This document shows, one piece after another, positions 39,430 to 50,989 of a DNA stretch of 61,196 bases (positions are counted from its first letter, which is position 1; each line of letters opens with the position of its first letter). The translations under genes and the position numbers were made by a program. The notes below the pieces were generated by a model, which saw only the letters and a program-made list of their open reading frames with translations, searched no databases and was not told the origin of the DNA. The DNA comes from Anaeramoeba ignava BMAN. Taxonomy: Eukaryota > Protista > Anaeramoebae. Location of the stretch: positions 1-61,196 of the forward strand of contig JAPDFW010000032.1 of assembly GCA_028826165.1 (NCBI GenBank). The letters are read 5' to 3'.

Positions 39430-41455
39430 AACTTTTTAAAAAAAATTAAATTAAATCTTTTTAAAAAAATTGAATTAAATCTTTTTAAAAAAATTGGATT
39501 AAATCTTTTTTAAAAAAATTGGATTAAAACTTTTTAAAAAATTGAATTAAATCTTTTAAAAAATTTAGATTAAAACTTTTTAAAAAAATTAGATTAAATC
39601 TTTTTAAAAAAATTAAATTAAATCTTTTAAAAAAATTGGATTAAATCTTTTTTAAAAAAATTAAATTAAATCTTTTTAAAAAAATTGGATTAAAACTTTT
39701 TAAAAAAATTAAATTAAAACTTTTAAAAAAAATTAGATTAAAACTTTTTAAAAAAATTGGATTAAATCTTTTTAAAAAATTGAATTAAAACTTTTAAAAA
39801 AAATTAGATTAAAACTTTTTAAAAAAATTGGATTAAAACTTTTTAAAAAATTGGAATAAATCTTTTTAAAAAAATTGGATTAAATCTTTTTTAAAAAATT
39901 GAATTAAATCTTTTTTAAAAAAATTGGATTAAATCTTTTTAAAAAAAATTAGATTAAAACTTTTTAAAAAAATTAAATTAAAACTTTTTAAAAAATGAAT
40001 TAAATCTTTTTAAAAAAATTGGATTAAATCTTTTTAAAAAATTGAATTAAATCTTTTTAAAAAAAATTAGATTAAAACTTTTTAAAAAAATTGAATTAAA
40101 ACTTTTTAAAAAAATTAGATTAAAACTTTTTAAAAAAATTGAATTAAATCTTTTTAAAAAAATTGGATTAAAACTTTTTAAAAAAATTGGAATAAATCTT
40201 TTTAAAAAAATTAAATTAAAACTTTTTAAAAAAAATTAGATTAAATCTTTTTAAAAAAATTGGAATAAATCTTTTTTAAAAAATTAAATTAAAACTTTTA
40301 AAAAAAATTGAATTAAATCTTTTTAAAAAAATTGAATTAAATCTTTTTAAAAAAAATGAATTAAATCTTTTTTAAAAAATTGGATTAAATCTTTTTAAAA
40401 AAATTGAATTAAATCTTTTTAAAAAATTGAATTAAATCTTTTTAAAAAAAATGAATTAAATCTTTTTAAAAAAATTAGATTAAATCTTTTTAAAAAAATT
40501 GGATTAAAACTTTTTAAAAAAATTAGATTAAATCTTTTTAAAAAATGGATTAAATCTTTTTAAAAAAACTTCATTAAAAAAACTTCATTAAAAAAACTTC
40601 ATTAAAAAAAAATGGATTAAAAAAAAAATGGATTAAAAAAAAATGGATTAAAAAATTGGATTAAAAAAAAATTGGATTAAAAAAAAAATGGATTAAAAAA
40701 ACTTCATTAAAAAAAATTGGATTAAATCTTTTTAAAAAAATTAGATTAAAACTTTTTAAAAAAATTGGATTAAATCTTTTTAAAAAAATTAGATTAAATC
40801 TTTTTAAAAAAATTAGATTAAAACTTTTTAAAAAAATTAGATTAAAACTTTTTAAAAAATTGGATTAAAACTTTTTAAAAAAATTGAATTAAATCTTTTT
40901 AAAAAAATTGGAATAAATCTTTTTAAAAAATTGGATTAAATCTTTTTAAAAAAATTGAATTAAATCTTTTTAAAAAAATTGAATTAAAACTTTTTAAAAA
41001 AATTAAATTAAAACTTTTTAAAAAATGGATTAAATCTTTTTAAAAAAATTGGATTAAATCTTTTTAAAAAAATTGGATTAAATCTTTTTAAAAAAATTGA
41101 ATTAAAACTTTTTAAAAAAATTAAATTAAATCTTTTTAAAAAAATTAAATTAAATCTTTTTAAAAAAATGGATTAAATCTTTTAAAAAAATTGGATTAAA
41201 TCTTTTTTAAAAAATTGAATTAAATCTTTTTAAAAAAATTAGATTAAAACTTTTAAAAAAATTAAAATAAATCTTTTTAAAAAATGGATTAAATCTTTTT
41301 AAAAAAATTGGATTAAAAAAACTTCATTAAAAAAACTTCATTAAAAAAAAATGGATTAAAAAATTGGATTAAAAAATTGGATTAAAAAAATTGGATTAAA
41401 AAAAAATGGATTAAAAAAAAATGGATTAAAAAATTGGATTAAAAAAAAATTGGAT
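39430..41455. repeat. 2-kb intergenic minisatellite, modal unit 24 bp (CTTTTTAAAAAAATTGGATTAAAT)
   Basis: About 80 units; a sub-block of shorter AAAAAACTTCATT / AAAAATGGATT units occurs twice (about 40560-40720 and 41310-41455). Confidence 0.95.
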
Positions 41456-42936
41456 TAAAAGAATTTTTTCGAAAACCGATAAATAATGTAAACAAAAATC
41501 AAAAGAAAGAACACTTTTATATGCCAAATATCAAGAGGAAGGGAAGTAAGAGTTGTCAAAATTTTCAAGTTAGAATCTTTATAAGGGGGATATTTTTGGG
41601 GAATATCAGTCAAAATATTATTAGGTCTGACATTAAAGGGTTTTAAGTGACTGAAGGTATTGAAAGAGAAGTCACCATGATAAGAACCAAAACCAGATTG
41701 CCCAACACCACCAAAAGGAAGATGGTCGTTTCCGATGTATATAAGAACATCATTGATCGCAACTGCACCTGAACTTGTATTTTCGGTTATTTTCTCACGA
41801 AAGGTTTTATTATTCGAAAAAAGATATATCACAAGAGGTTTTTCTTTTGAATTGATGTATTCAATCACTTCATCCACATTTTCATATTCCATAATCGGCA
41901 GAATCGGCCCGAAAATCTCTTCCTGCATAATTGTTGATTCGGGCTTGACTTTAGTGATCACAGTTGGTTCGACAATTTTCTCAGAAACATTCACTTTGCC
42001 TCCTATTACAATTTGACAGCCTTCTTCAGTTGATTTCTCGATCAAATTCTGGAGCCGTTGGGTATGTCTTTCATTGATAATGTGTGTGAAATCCTTTGAT
42101 TTCTCAACTCCATCAGGAAAGAATTTTTTCAATGCAACTTTCAACTGGTGAATAAAAGGAACAACTTTATCTTTATGAATAAAGACATAATCAGGGGAAA
42201 TACAAGTTTGACCGCTGTTTGTTATTTTACCCCAAAGAACCTTTCTTGCTGTATAATACAAATCTGCATCAGGACCAATAATTGTTGGTGATTTCCCACC
42301 TAGTTCGAGAGTTAGCGGTGTGAGAAAATTTGCTGCTGCTTTCATCACTATTTTCGCAACAGTGGGTGATCCAGTGAAAAAAATATAATCCCATTTTTTC
42401 TTTAAAAGCTCTTGAGTTTCCTTCACAGATCCTTCAACAACTTGAACAAAATCTTTATCCACATATTGATTCAATGTTTTCTTGAAAAAAGCAGAACAAT
42501 TAGGAATTAATTCAGACGGTTTAAGAACAACGTTATTGCCGGCAGCAATTGCACCAATTAAAGGAACCAAAGCAAGAAAAATTGGATAATTAAAAGGTGA
42601 AATTATCAAAATTGTTCCATATGGTTCGGGTTTAATGTAGGAATATGATGGAATAAGTGTGATATTTGTATCCACTTGTTTTGCTTTGGAATTTTTCTTT
42701 AGTTTTTTTACTTGTAAATTGATCTCGTTTTTGGTCATTGAAGTTTCTAATAATGCGTTTTCAAATTTGGATCGATGAAGATCTTTTTCTAATACTTCGT
42801 TAATCTCATCTTCTTTTTCTTCAAGCATTTTTTTTATTTGAAGAAGTTGTTTTTTGCGTGATTCAATTGGTCTTGTTTTCCCGCTTTTAAATGATTGTTT
42901 AAGTTCTTCATAAATTTTTTGGATTTCTTCTTCCAT
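41455..42936 (-). CDS. Aldehyde dehydrogenase, class 3 (fatty aldehyde dehydrogenase-like) with C-terminal membrane anchor; intronless
   Basis: 493 aa; EPYGTILIISPFNYP, AIAAGN.VVLKPSE, FFTGS, TLELGGKSP, GQTCISPDY, EEIFGPILP, LPFGGVGQSGFGSYHG; hydrophobic tail followed by basic residues. Confidence 0.95.
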   Translation of the reverse strand: MEEEIQKIYEELKQSFKSGKTRPIESRKKQLLQIKKMLEEKEDEINEVLEKDLHRSKFENALLETSMTKNEINLQVKKLKKNSKAKQVDTNITLIPSYSYIKPEPYGTILIISPFNYPIFLALVPLIGAIAAGNNVVLKPSELIPNCSAFFKKTLNQYVDKDFVQVVEGSVKETQELLKKKWDYIFFTGSPTVAKIVMKAAANFLTPLTLELGGKSPTIIGPDADLYYTARKVLWGKITNSGQTCISPDYVFIHKDKVVPFIHQLKVALKKFFPDGVEKSKDFTHIINERHTQRLQNLIEKSTEEGCQIVIGGKVNVSEKIVEPTVITKVKPESTIMQEEIFGPILPIMEYENVDEVIEYINSKEKPLVIYLFSNNKTFREKITENTSSGAVAINDVLIYIGNDHLPFGGVGQSGFGSYHGDFSFNTFSHLKPFNVRPNNILTDIPQKYPPYKDSNLKILTTLTSLPLDIWHIKVFFLLIFVYIIYRFSKKFF

Positions 42937-43149
42937 TAGTTTTATTAAATTAAAAAAAAAATGAAAATAAAAAAAAATGAAAATAAAATTTTCAATTTAT
43001 GAATTTTTTTTTTTTTTTTTGGTAATTTCAGTTTAATTATTAAAAGTAGAAAAATTAATTATTTTTTTTTATTTTTTTTCCTTTTTATTTTTTTTCCTTT
43101 TTATTTTTTCTATCTGAAAAGAATTAAAGAAGAAGAAGAAAAAGAAAAC

Positions 43150-43733
43150 AATTTTTAATTTTCTTCTTTTGATTTTCAATTTGATTTTCAATTTTCAATT
43201 TAAATTTGATTTTCAATTTAATTTTCAATTTGATTTTGATTTTAAATTTGATTTTAAATTTTAAATTCTGTTTAAATTCTGTTTAAATTCTATTTTGATT
43301 TTAAATTTGATTTTAAATTTTAAATTCTGTTTAAATTTGATTTTAAATTTTAAATTCTGTTTAAATTCTTTTTAAATTTTCAATTTGATTTTAAATTCTT
43401 TTTAAATTTGATTTTAAATTCTTTTTAAATTTTAAATTTGATTTTCATTTTGATTTTGAGTTTTAAATTCTGTTTAAATTTGATTTTGATTTTAAATTTT
43501 AAATTCTGTTTAAATTCTGTTTAAATTCTTTTTAAATTCTTTTTAAATTTGATTTTAAATTCTTTTTAAATTTGATTTTAAATTCTGTTTAAATTCTGTT
43601 TAAATTCTGTTTAAATTTGATTTTAAATTTTAAATTCTATTTTGATTTTAAAGTTTAAATTTTAAATTCTGTTTAAATTCTTTTTAAATTTTAAATTCTT
43701 TTTAAATTTTAAATTCTAAATTTTAAATTCTGT
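43150..43733. repeat. Satellite of 11-12-mers (TTTAAATTCTG / TTTAAATTTGAT) directly downstream of the CCT-alpha stop
   Basis: Visible tandem units abutting the TGA at 43735-43737. Confidence 0.88.
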
Positions 43734-43734
43734 T

Positions 43735-46700
43735 TCACATCGCTTCCATATCTTCTTCTTTTTGATCATCTGCTTCGGGATAAATCTTAATCAAATCATC
43801 AATTCTCAAAATAGTAATAGCAGCTTCAGTAGCAAATTTAATCATTTTCAATTTAGAAATCAAAGGTTCCAAAATACCAGCATGTAAATTATCTCTAATA
43901 TTTTGTTCAAACAAATCCAAACCGAAATTTCGAAGTTTTTTTCGGGTTTCCTCATCTTCACAAGTCTGGGCTTCGTGGTGTTTAGCGCGCAATTTCGCGA
44001 CTAAATCAATAGCATCACAAGCAGCATTGACAGCTAAAGTTTTTGGAATAACAAGTAAAGCTTCTGCAAATTGCATGACAGCAAGTTGTTCTTTAGTCGC
44101 CAATGTTTTTGCGAATTTTTCTAAATAAACTGACAATTCTGTCTCAATAGCTCCTCCACCAGGAACTACATATCTGGATTCAAATGCTTGAGACACTATG
44201 CACAATGCATCGTGAATTGAGCGCTCTGCTTCATCAAGCATAAACGTGTTGGGTCCTCTTAAAATAATTGATTGTGAATTTGTTGTTTTACATCCTTTGA
44301 ATACGATAAGTTCGTTGTCGGATATGAATTCTTGTGATATCTCTTCTGCTTCTCCGAGTGAACTTGGATCAAATGTTTCTTCTCCGTTAAGATCTGCAAA
44401 TGAAATTAATAGTTTGGCTCCAGTTGCTTTGCATACTTTTCTCATGTCATTATGATCTATATGTCGAATTGCAATTGCGCCTGCATCTGAAAAGTATTTC
44501 AAACTTTATTTTGAATTTTTATTATAAATTTTAATATAAATTTTAATATAAATTTTAATATAAATTTTAATATAAATTTTAATATAAATTTTAATATAAA
44601 TTTTAATATAAATTTTAATATAAATTTTAATATAAATTATAATATAAATTTTGAAATAAATTTTAGAATAAATTTTAATATAAATTTTGAAATAAATTTT
44701 AATATAAATTTTAATATAAATTTTAATATAAATTTTAATATAAATTTTAATATAAATTATAATATAAATTTTAATATAAATTTTAATATAAATTTTAATA
44801 TAAATTTTAATATAAATTTTAATATAAATTTTAATATAAATTTTAATATAAATTTTAATATAAATTTTAATATAAATCTTAATATAAATTTTAATATAAA
44901 TCTTAATATAAATTTAATATAAATTTTAATATAAATTTTAATATAAATTATAATATAAATTTTAATATAAATTTTAATATAAATTTACTTGTAATCATCA
45001 ATACTCTTTGTTGTTAATACAACATTTGCTCCAGCTTTCAAAATCATATCAATTCTTTCTTTTGTTATTTCAGCCTATTTATTTTATTAACATTGAAAAA
45101 AATTAAAATTTAAAAAATAGATGAAAAATTTAAAAAATAAAACTAACTTCTCGTTTTCTAATTTCTTCTAAGTTTTTAACATTATCAACTCTAACATGAA
45201 CTGTTAATCCTAATTTTTCTTTAGTTAATGGCATATCTAAAGCAGCAACCTTAACCTTTTTAATAAATCTTGGCATAGCTTCAAAATTGAATTAAAAATT
45301 AAAAATTTTAAATTTTTCTTTCTTTTCTTTTCTTTTATTCTTTTTTGATTTTTTTATTACCTTGTGATGCTCTTGTATAATTAAATGCAAATCCATCAAC
45401 AAGAACACTTTCACGTGTACTTTTTCCTGGACTTTTTAAAACTGTAACTGATGTAACTGGATATTTTGGTCCTCTTTTTCCCATAATTGCAACACCTTTT
45501 ATAGCATCAACAACAATTTTTGCAAAAAAATCACTTTCACTTTTTAATATAAATTTTAATATTAATTTAAATATTAATTTTAATTTTAATTTTAATTTTA
45601 ATTATGATTATTATTTTGATTTTAATTTAAATTTTAATTTTAATTTTAATTTTAATTTAATTTTAATTTAAATATTAATTTTAATATTAATTTTAATTTT
45701 AATTTTAATTTTAATTTTAATTTTAATTTTAATTTTAATTTTAATTTTAATTTTAATTTTAATTTTAATTTTAATTTTAATTTTAATTTTAATTTTGATT
45801 TTAATTTTTACAGTCCAATAATTTTAGATGATAATGATGTTTTAGCTGCATTGATAAAAGATTCAGGTCCAAGTGATTTAGTTGGGATTAATAATTGAGT
45901 TTTTAAATATTCAACTGCAGTTTTCATTGCAATTCGATAACCATTTATTATTGTTGTCGGATGAATTGAATCTTTAACTAAATCATTTGCAAGCTGCAAA
46001 AAAAAAGGATAATTTTTAATTTTATAAATGAATTTATAAATGAATTTAAAAATGAATTTAAAAATGAATTTTATAAATGAATTTAAAAATGAATTTAAAA
46101 ATGAATTTAAAAATGAATTTTATAAATGAATTTAAAAATGAATTTTATAAATGAATTTAAAAATGAATTTTATAAATGAATTTAAAAATGAATTTTATAA
46201 ATGAATTTTAATTTTAATTTTAATTTTAATTTTAATTTTAATTTTAATTTTAATTTTAATTTTAAATTTTATAAATGAATTTATAAATGAATTTAAAAAT
46301 GAATTTAAAAATGAATTTATAAATGAATTTATAAATGAATTTAAAAATGAATTTTAATTTTAATTTTAATTTTAATATTAAAATGAATTTTAATTTTAAT
46401 TTTGATTTTATAAATTAATTTTAATTTTAATTTTATTTTTATTTTTATAAATGAATTTATAAATGAATTTTAAAATAGATTTTAAAAATTTAAAAATGAA
46501 TTTAAAAGGAATAAAATTGGCAACTCGAATTTTGAATTTAAAAAAATAAAAGAAAAAAAAAATACTCTTAACAATTCAGCAGCAACCAAAACAACAGAAG
46601 TAGTACCATCACCAACTTCTTGGTCTTGTAAACCAGCCAATTGAACCAAAACCTTAGCAGCAGGATGTTCAACATCCAAATTACCCAAAATAGTAGCGCC

Positions 46701-46871
46701 ATCATTTGTAATTGTAACTTCTCCAATTTCATCAACTAAAAGTTTATCAAGTCCTTGTGGCCCTAAAGAACTTCTTACTATATTCGCTACTGCTATGGTT
46801 GCATTCACATTTTGAATTCGTACATTTTTCGTTGATTCTCCTTGTAAAGCAACTGTTCCTGGAATAAACAT
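43735..46871 (-). CDS. TCP1: T-complex protein 1 subunit alpha (CCT1), 6 exons
   Basis: Exons 46871-46566, 45993-45812, 45539-45361, about 45279-45148, 45074-44989, 44503-43735. Motifs [87 protein letters not shown]. Confidence 0.96.
44520..44985 (-). repeat. Intronic 12-mer satellite (+ strand AATATAAATTTT)
   Basis: CCT1 intron 5; exact 12-nt period. Confidence 0.95.
46015..46480 (-). repeat. Intronic array of ATTCATTT[A/T]TAAA units plus (AAAATT)n
   Basis: CCT1 intron 1; tandem amplification of the motif scattered in other introns. Confidence 0.92.
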
Positions 46872-47217
46872 TTTTTTTTTGGTTTTTTTGAAAATGAAAA
46901 TGAAAAAAATGAAAAAAAAAATTGAAAAAAAAAATTTTAATTAAAAAAAAAAAACAAAAACAAAAGGAGAAAAAAAAAATAAAAGGAGAAAAGTTTTTTA
47001 TTTTTATTTTTCTTTTTATTTTTTAATTAAAAAAAAATTTTTTTTTCTTTTTCTTTTTAATTTCTTTTTTTTTAATTTTTCATTTTTTCATTTTTTTTTT
47101 AAATTCAAAAAAAAAAAAAAATATAAAAGAAATTTAAATTCTTTTTCTTTTCCTTTTAATAATAATAATAATAAAATTATAAAAAAAAAAAAAAAAAGAA
47201 AAAATTAATCATAAAAA
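46872..47217. promoter_or_regulatory. Putative bidirectional promoter (CCT1 / NAC-alpha)
   Basis: Divergent ATGs 346 bp apart; TTTTCATTTT clusters on - (about 46890-46920) and + (about 47076-47098). Confidence 0.55.
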
Positions 47218-48855
47218 ATGGAAACACAAGAACAACCAAAACAACAAACACAACAACAAAAAAAACCACAACAACAACAACAGAAAAAAAAACCACAACA
47301 AAGAAACAGAAAGCAAAATAAAAGACAACAAAAACAAAAACAAAAACAAAAGCAACAACAACAACAACAAAAAAAAACAGAAAAACCAAAAGAAGAAGAA
47401 AAAACAGAAGAACAAACAGAAACAAAACAAGAAGAACAAAATGAACCACAAATTGATTTGGATCAAGGATTTCATAAAAAGGAAAGAAAATTCAATAAAA
47501 ACGAACAGAAAATTAAGAAAGTTCTTGAGAAATATAAACTTAAGTCTTTTGAAGGCGTTAAAATGATTGTCATGAGAAAACCTGCTGAGAATATGAATAT
47601 TTATATTGATTCTCCTGAAGTTTATCTTACTAAATCAAAAGATGGTTATATTATCTTTGGTGAACCAAGAGGTGAAGACCAAAATGCTATTGCTAAAAGA
47701 AAAGCTGCCGCTCAATTAGCAGAGCTTCTTGGAAAAAAAGTATATACAGATTCTAGACAATAACATAAAATTTAATATAAAATTTATTTATAAAATTTAT
47801 TTATAAAATTTAAAAATAAAATTAAATTTATTTATAAAAATTAAAATTAAAATTAAAATTAAAATTAAAATTAAAATTAAAATTAAAAATTAAAATTAAA
47901 ATTAAAATTAAAATTAAAATTAAAATTAAAATTAAAATTAAAATTAAAATTAAAATTAAAATTAAAATTAAAATTAAAATTAAAATTAAAATTAAAATTA
48001 AAATTAAAAATTAAAATTAAAATTAAAATTAAAATTAAAATTAAAATTAAAATTAAAATTAAAATTAAAATTAAAATTAAAATTAAAATTAAAATTAAAA
48101 TTAAAATTAAAATTAAAATTAAAATTAAAATTAAAATTAAAATTAAAATTAAAAATTAAAAATTAAAATTAAAATTAAAATTAAAATTAAAATTAAAATT
48201 AAAATTAAAATTAAAATTAAAATTAAAATTAAAATTAAAATTAAAATTAAAATTAAAATTAAAATTAAAATTAAAATTAAAATTAAAATTAAAATTAAAA
48301 TTAATATTAAAATTAAAATTAAAATTAAAATTAAAATTAAAATTAAAATTAAAATCAATATTAAAATTCATTTATAAAATTAAAATTAAAATAAAAATTA
48401 ATATTAAAATTAAAATTAAAATTAAAATTAAAATTAAAATTAAAATTAAAATTAAAATTAAAATTAAAATTAAAATTAAAATTAAAATTAAAATTAAAAT
48501 TAAAATTAAAATTCATTTATAAAATTAATAATCAATATTAAAATTTGAAATTTAAAAGAATCTTGAAGAAAAACCAAAAGAAGAAGAAAAAACAGAAGAA
48601 AAACCAAAAGAAGAAGAAACAGAAACAAAAGATGAAACTAAAGAAGAAACTAAAGAAGAAACCAAAGAAGAAACTAAAGAAGAAACAAAAGAAGAAACAA
48701 AAGAAGAAGAAATTGACATGACAGGAATTTCAGAAGAAGATGTTGCTACAGTTATGGAACAAGCTCATTGCACTCAAAAACAAGCAGTTGAAGCTCTTAA
48801 AAAAAATTCTGGAGATTTAATCAATGCAATTATGAGTGTCACAAATCTTAATTGA
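47218..48855 (+). CDS. NACA: Nascent polypeptide-associated complex subunit alpha
   Basis: Exons 47218-47739 and 48559-48855. NAC domain NKNEQKIKKVLEKYKLK..EGVKMIVMRK...IDSPEVY....YIIFGEPRGED; C-terminal UBA IDMTGISEEDVATVMEQAHCTQKQAVEALKKNSGDLINAIMSV; ends in TGA. Confidence 0.92.
47810..48540 (+). repeat. Intronic (AAAATT)n satellite, near perfect
   Basis: NAC-alpha intron. Confidence 0.96.
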
Positions 48856-49221
48856 TTCCTTTTTTTTTTCTAAGTCACTTCAACTACTCATTTTTAATTC
48901 TTCTTTTCCTTTTAAAAAAAAAACAATTTCACTTTTTTCCTTTAAATTCATTTCAGAAATTCCTCAAAATAAGAAATCAAAATCATATCTTTTTTTCTTT
49001 TTTTCTTTTTTTTCTTCAATTTTTCACTCAAATAATACAGTTACACTTTTCTTCATTTTTTGATTTTTGATTTTTATTTATTTTTGAACTAAAAATTTTT
49101 TTTGATTTAAATTAAATTCCATAAAAAAAAAACAACAAAACAATTTAAATCAAAACAAAAAGAAAAATTAAAAATAAAAAACAAACATTTTGATGAAAGA
49201 AAAAAAAATGAAAAATTTGGA

Positions 49222-50937
49222 TTAAAGAAGATTTTCAGACATGGAAAATTCTGTATTAAGAAAATTGGGTTTATTTTCTTCAGTTGGAGAATTATCTTCT
49301 TGATTAAATTCTAATTCTTCTGTATCAACTAATTAATAAAAATAAATAAAAATAAAAATTAATTTAAAATATAAAAATAAATTATAAAATACCTCTATTT
49401 GAACTTGAAGGAGGTTCATAAAGAAGAATAATTATGAACAAAACAGGAATAAATTCACAAATAAAAAAATATCTATTTTTGAAATTCCAAAAAAAAAAAA
49501 AAAAGTGAGAACAAAAATAAGAACAAAAAATTCAAATAGCAAACATTATTAAAATAGAAACTGATTCTCTAGAATCATAATCACCAAAAAATGTTCTGGA
49601 AACTTTTTCATCTGATCCAAGAACATAAACAGGGATATGAATAAAAAAACTTGAAAGAACAATCCAAATTAATATTTTGAGTTTTTTTCTTGTTTTTTCT
49701 CCAACTTGAAGTTCTCCATGATTTGTTTGAACAACTCTTCTTAATTTTATTGAGTAATAAATTAAAAGAACAGCTCCTATTGAAAAAATGATGGATAAAA
49801 AAATTGTGCATGTGATTTCTATTGATTCACTTGGTTGTTTTTTATATGATAGATCAATTATATAAAGTAGCAACACAAAAAGAAACATAACTGATGTGAG
49901 TCCAATAAAAAAGATATTGAGTTTTCGTATATTTGTTCGAAGTTGAGCAATTTGTCTACAAATAATTCTGTAATAAGCATCAGCCCTTTCAAATTTTGAT
50001 ATAAATTTTGTTATAAATTTTAATATAAATTTTGATATAAATTTTAAAATAAATTTAATTATAAATTTAGTTTTAGATTTTAATATAAATTTTAATATAA
50101 ATTTTAATATAAATTTAATTATAAATTTAATTATAAATTTTAATATAAATTTTAAAATAAATTTAATTATAAATTTAATTATAAATTTAATATAAATTTT
50201 AATTATAGATTTTAATATAAATTTAATTATAAATTTTGTTATAAATTTTGTTATAGATTTAATTATAAATTTTAAAATAGATTTAATTATAGATTTTAAT
50301 ATAAATTTTATTATAAATTTAATTATAAATTTAATTATAGATTTAATTATAAATTTTAATATAAATTTAATTATAAATTTAATTATAAATTTAATTATAG
50401 ATTTAATTATAAATTTTAAAATAAATTATTATAAATTTTGATATAGATTTAATTATAGATTTAATTATAAATTTAATTATAAATTTTGTTATAAATTTAA
50501 TTATAGATTTAATTATAAATTTAATTATAGATTTAATTATAAATTTTAAAATAAATTTAATTATAGATTTCAAACCAAAAATGTATTAGAATCAAAAATA
50601 AAGTCATAAAAGTTGCTGATGCCAATCTACCAATAAAAACCCAAACAAGAACATTTTCTGAAGATTTAATTTTTGAAATTGAAGAACCAATTAGAAAAAT
50701 AACTCTTATAACACCTTTAAAAAAAAATAAAAATAATAAATAAAAATTTGATGAATTTTTTGATTTTAAATAAATTTTACATAAAGAAGCAGCCGTTATT
50801 AAAAATATTTTTTGATGTTTTGATTTTCTCATTGTTTGAAAAGTCATTATTATTCTAAAAATAGCAAGTAAAAGAATACCAACATAAAAAGGTAAAATTA
50901 TAACTGAACCAATTAAAAAATTATATTTATTGCTCAT
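49222..50937 (-). CDS. TOM1/THH1 (DUF1084, GPR137-like) multi-pass membrane protein, 5 exons
   Basis: ATG 50937; introns about 50780-50715, 50575-49986, 49544-49474, 49392-49329. About seven hydrophobic helices; motifs RLASATFMTLFLILIHFW|ADAYY and YFFICEFIP resemble TOM1-family FWAEIY and YY..VEI.P. Confidence 0.68.
49990..50560 (-). repeat. Intronic 12-mer satellite (+ strand AATTATAAATTT variants)
   Basis: Intron 2 of the TOM1-like gene. Confidence 0.93.
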
Positions 50938-50989
50938 AATTAAAAAAAAAAGAAGAAAAAAATGAAAAATCAAAATTGAAAAAATTTTT

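Noticed and set aside
39430-41455. CRISPR-like array (24-bp partly palindromic repeats)
   Set aside because: Units are contiguous with no unique spacers, no cas genes, eukaryotic context.
47810-48540. (AAAATT)n as interstitial telomeric repeat
   Set aside because: No G-rich strand, and orientation follows transcription rather than chromosome polarity.
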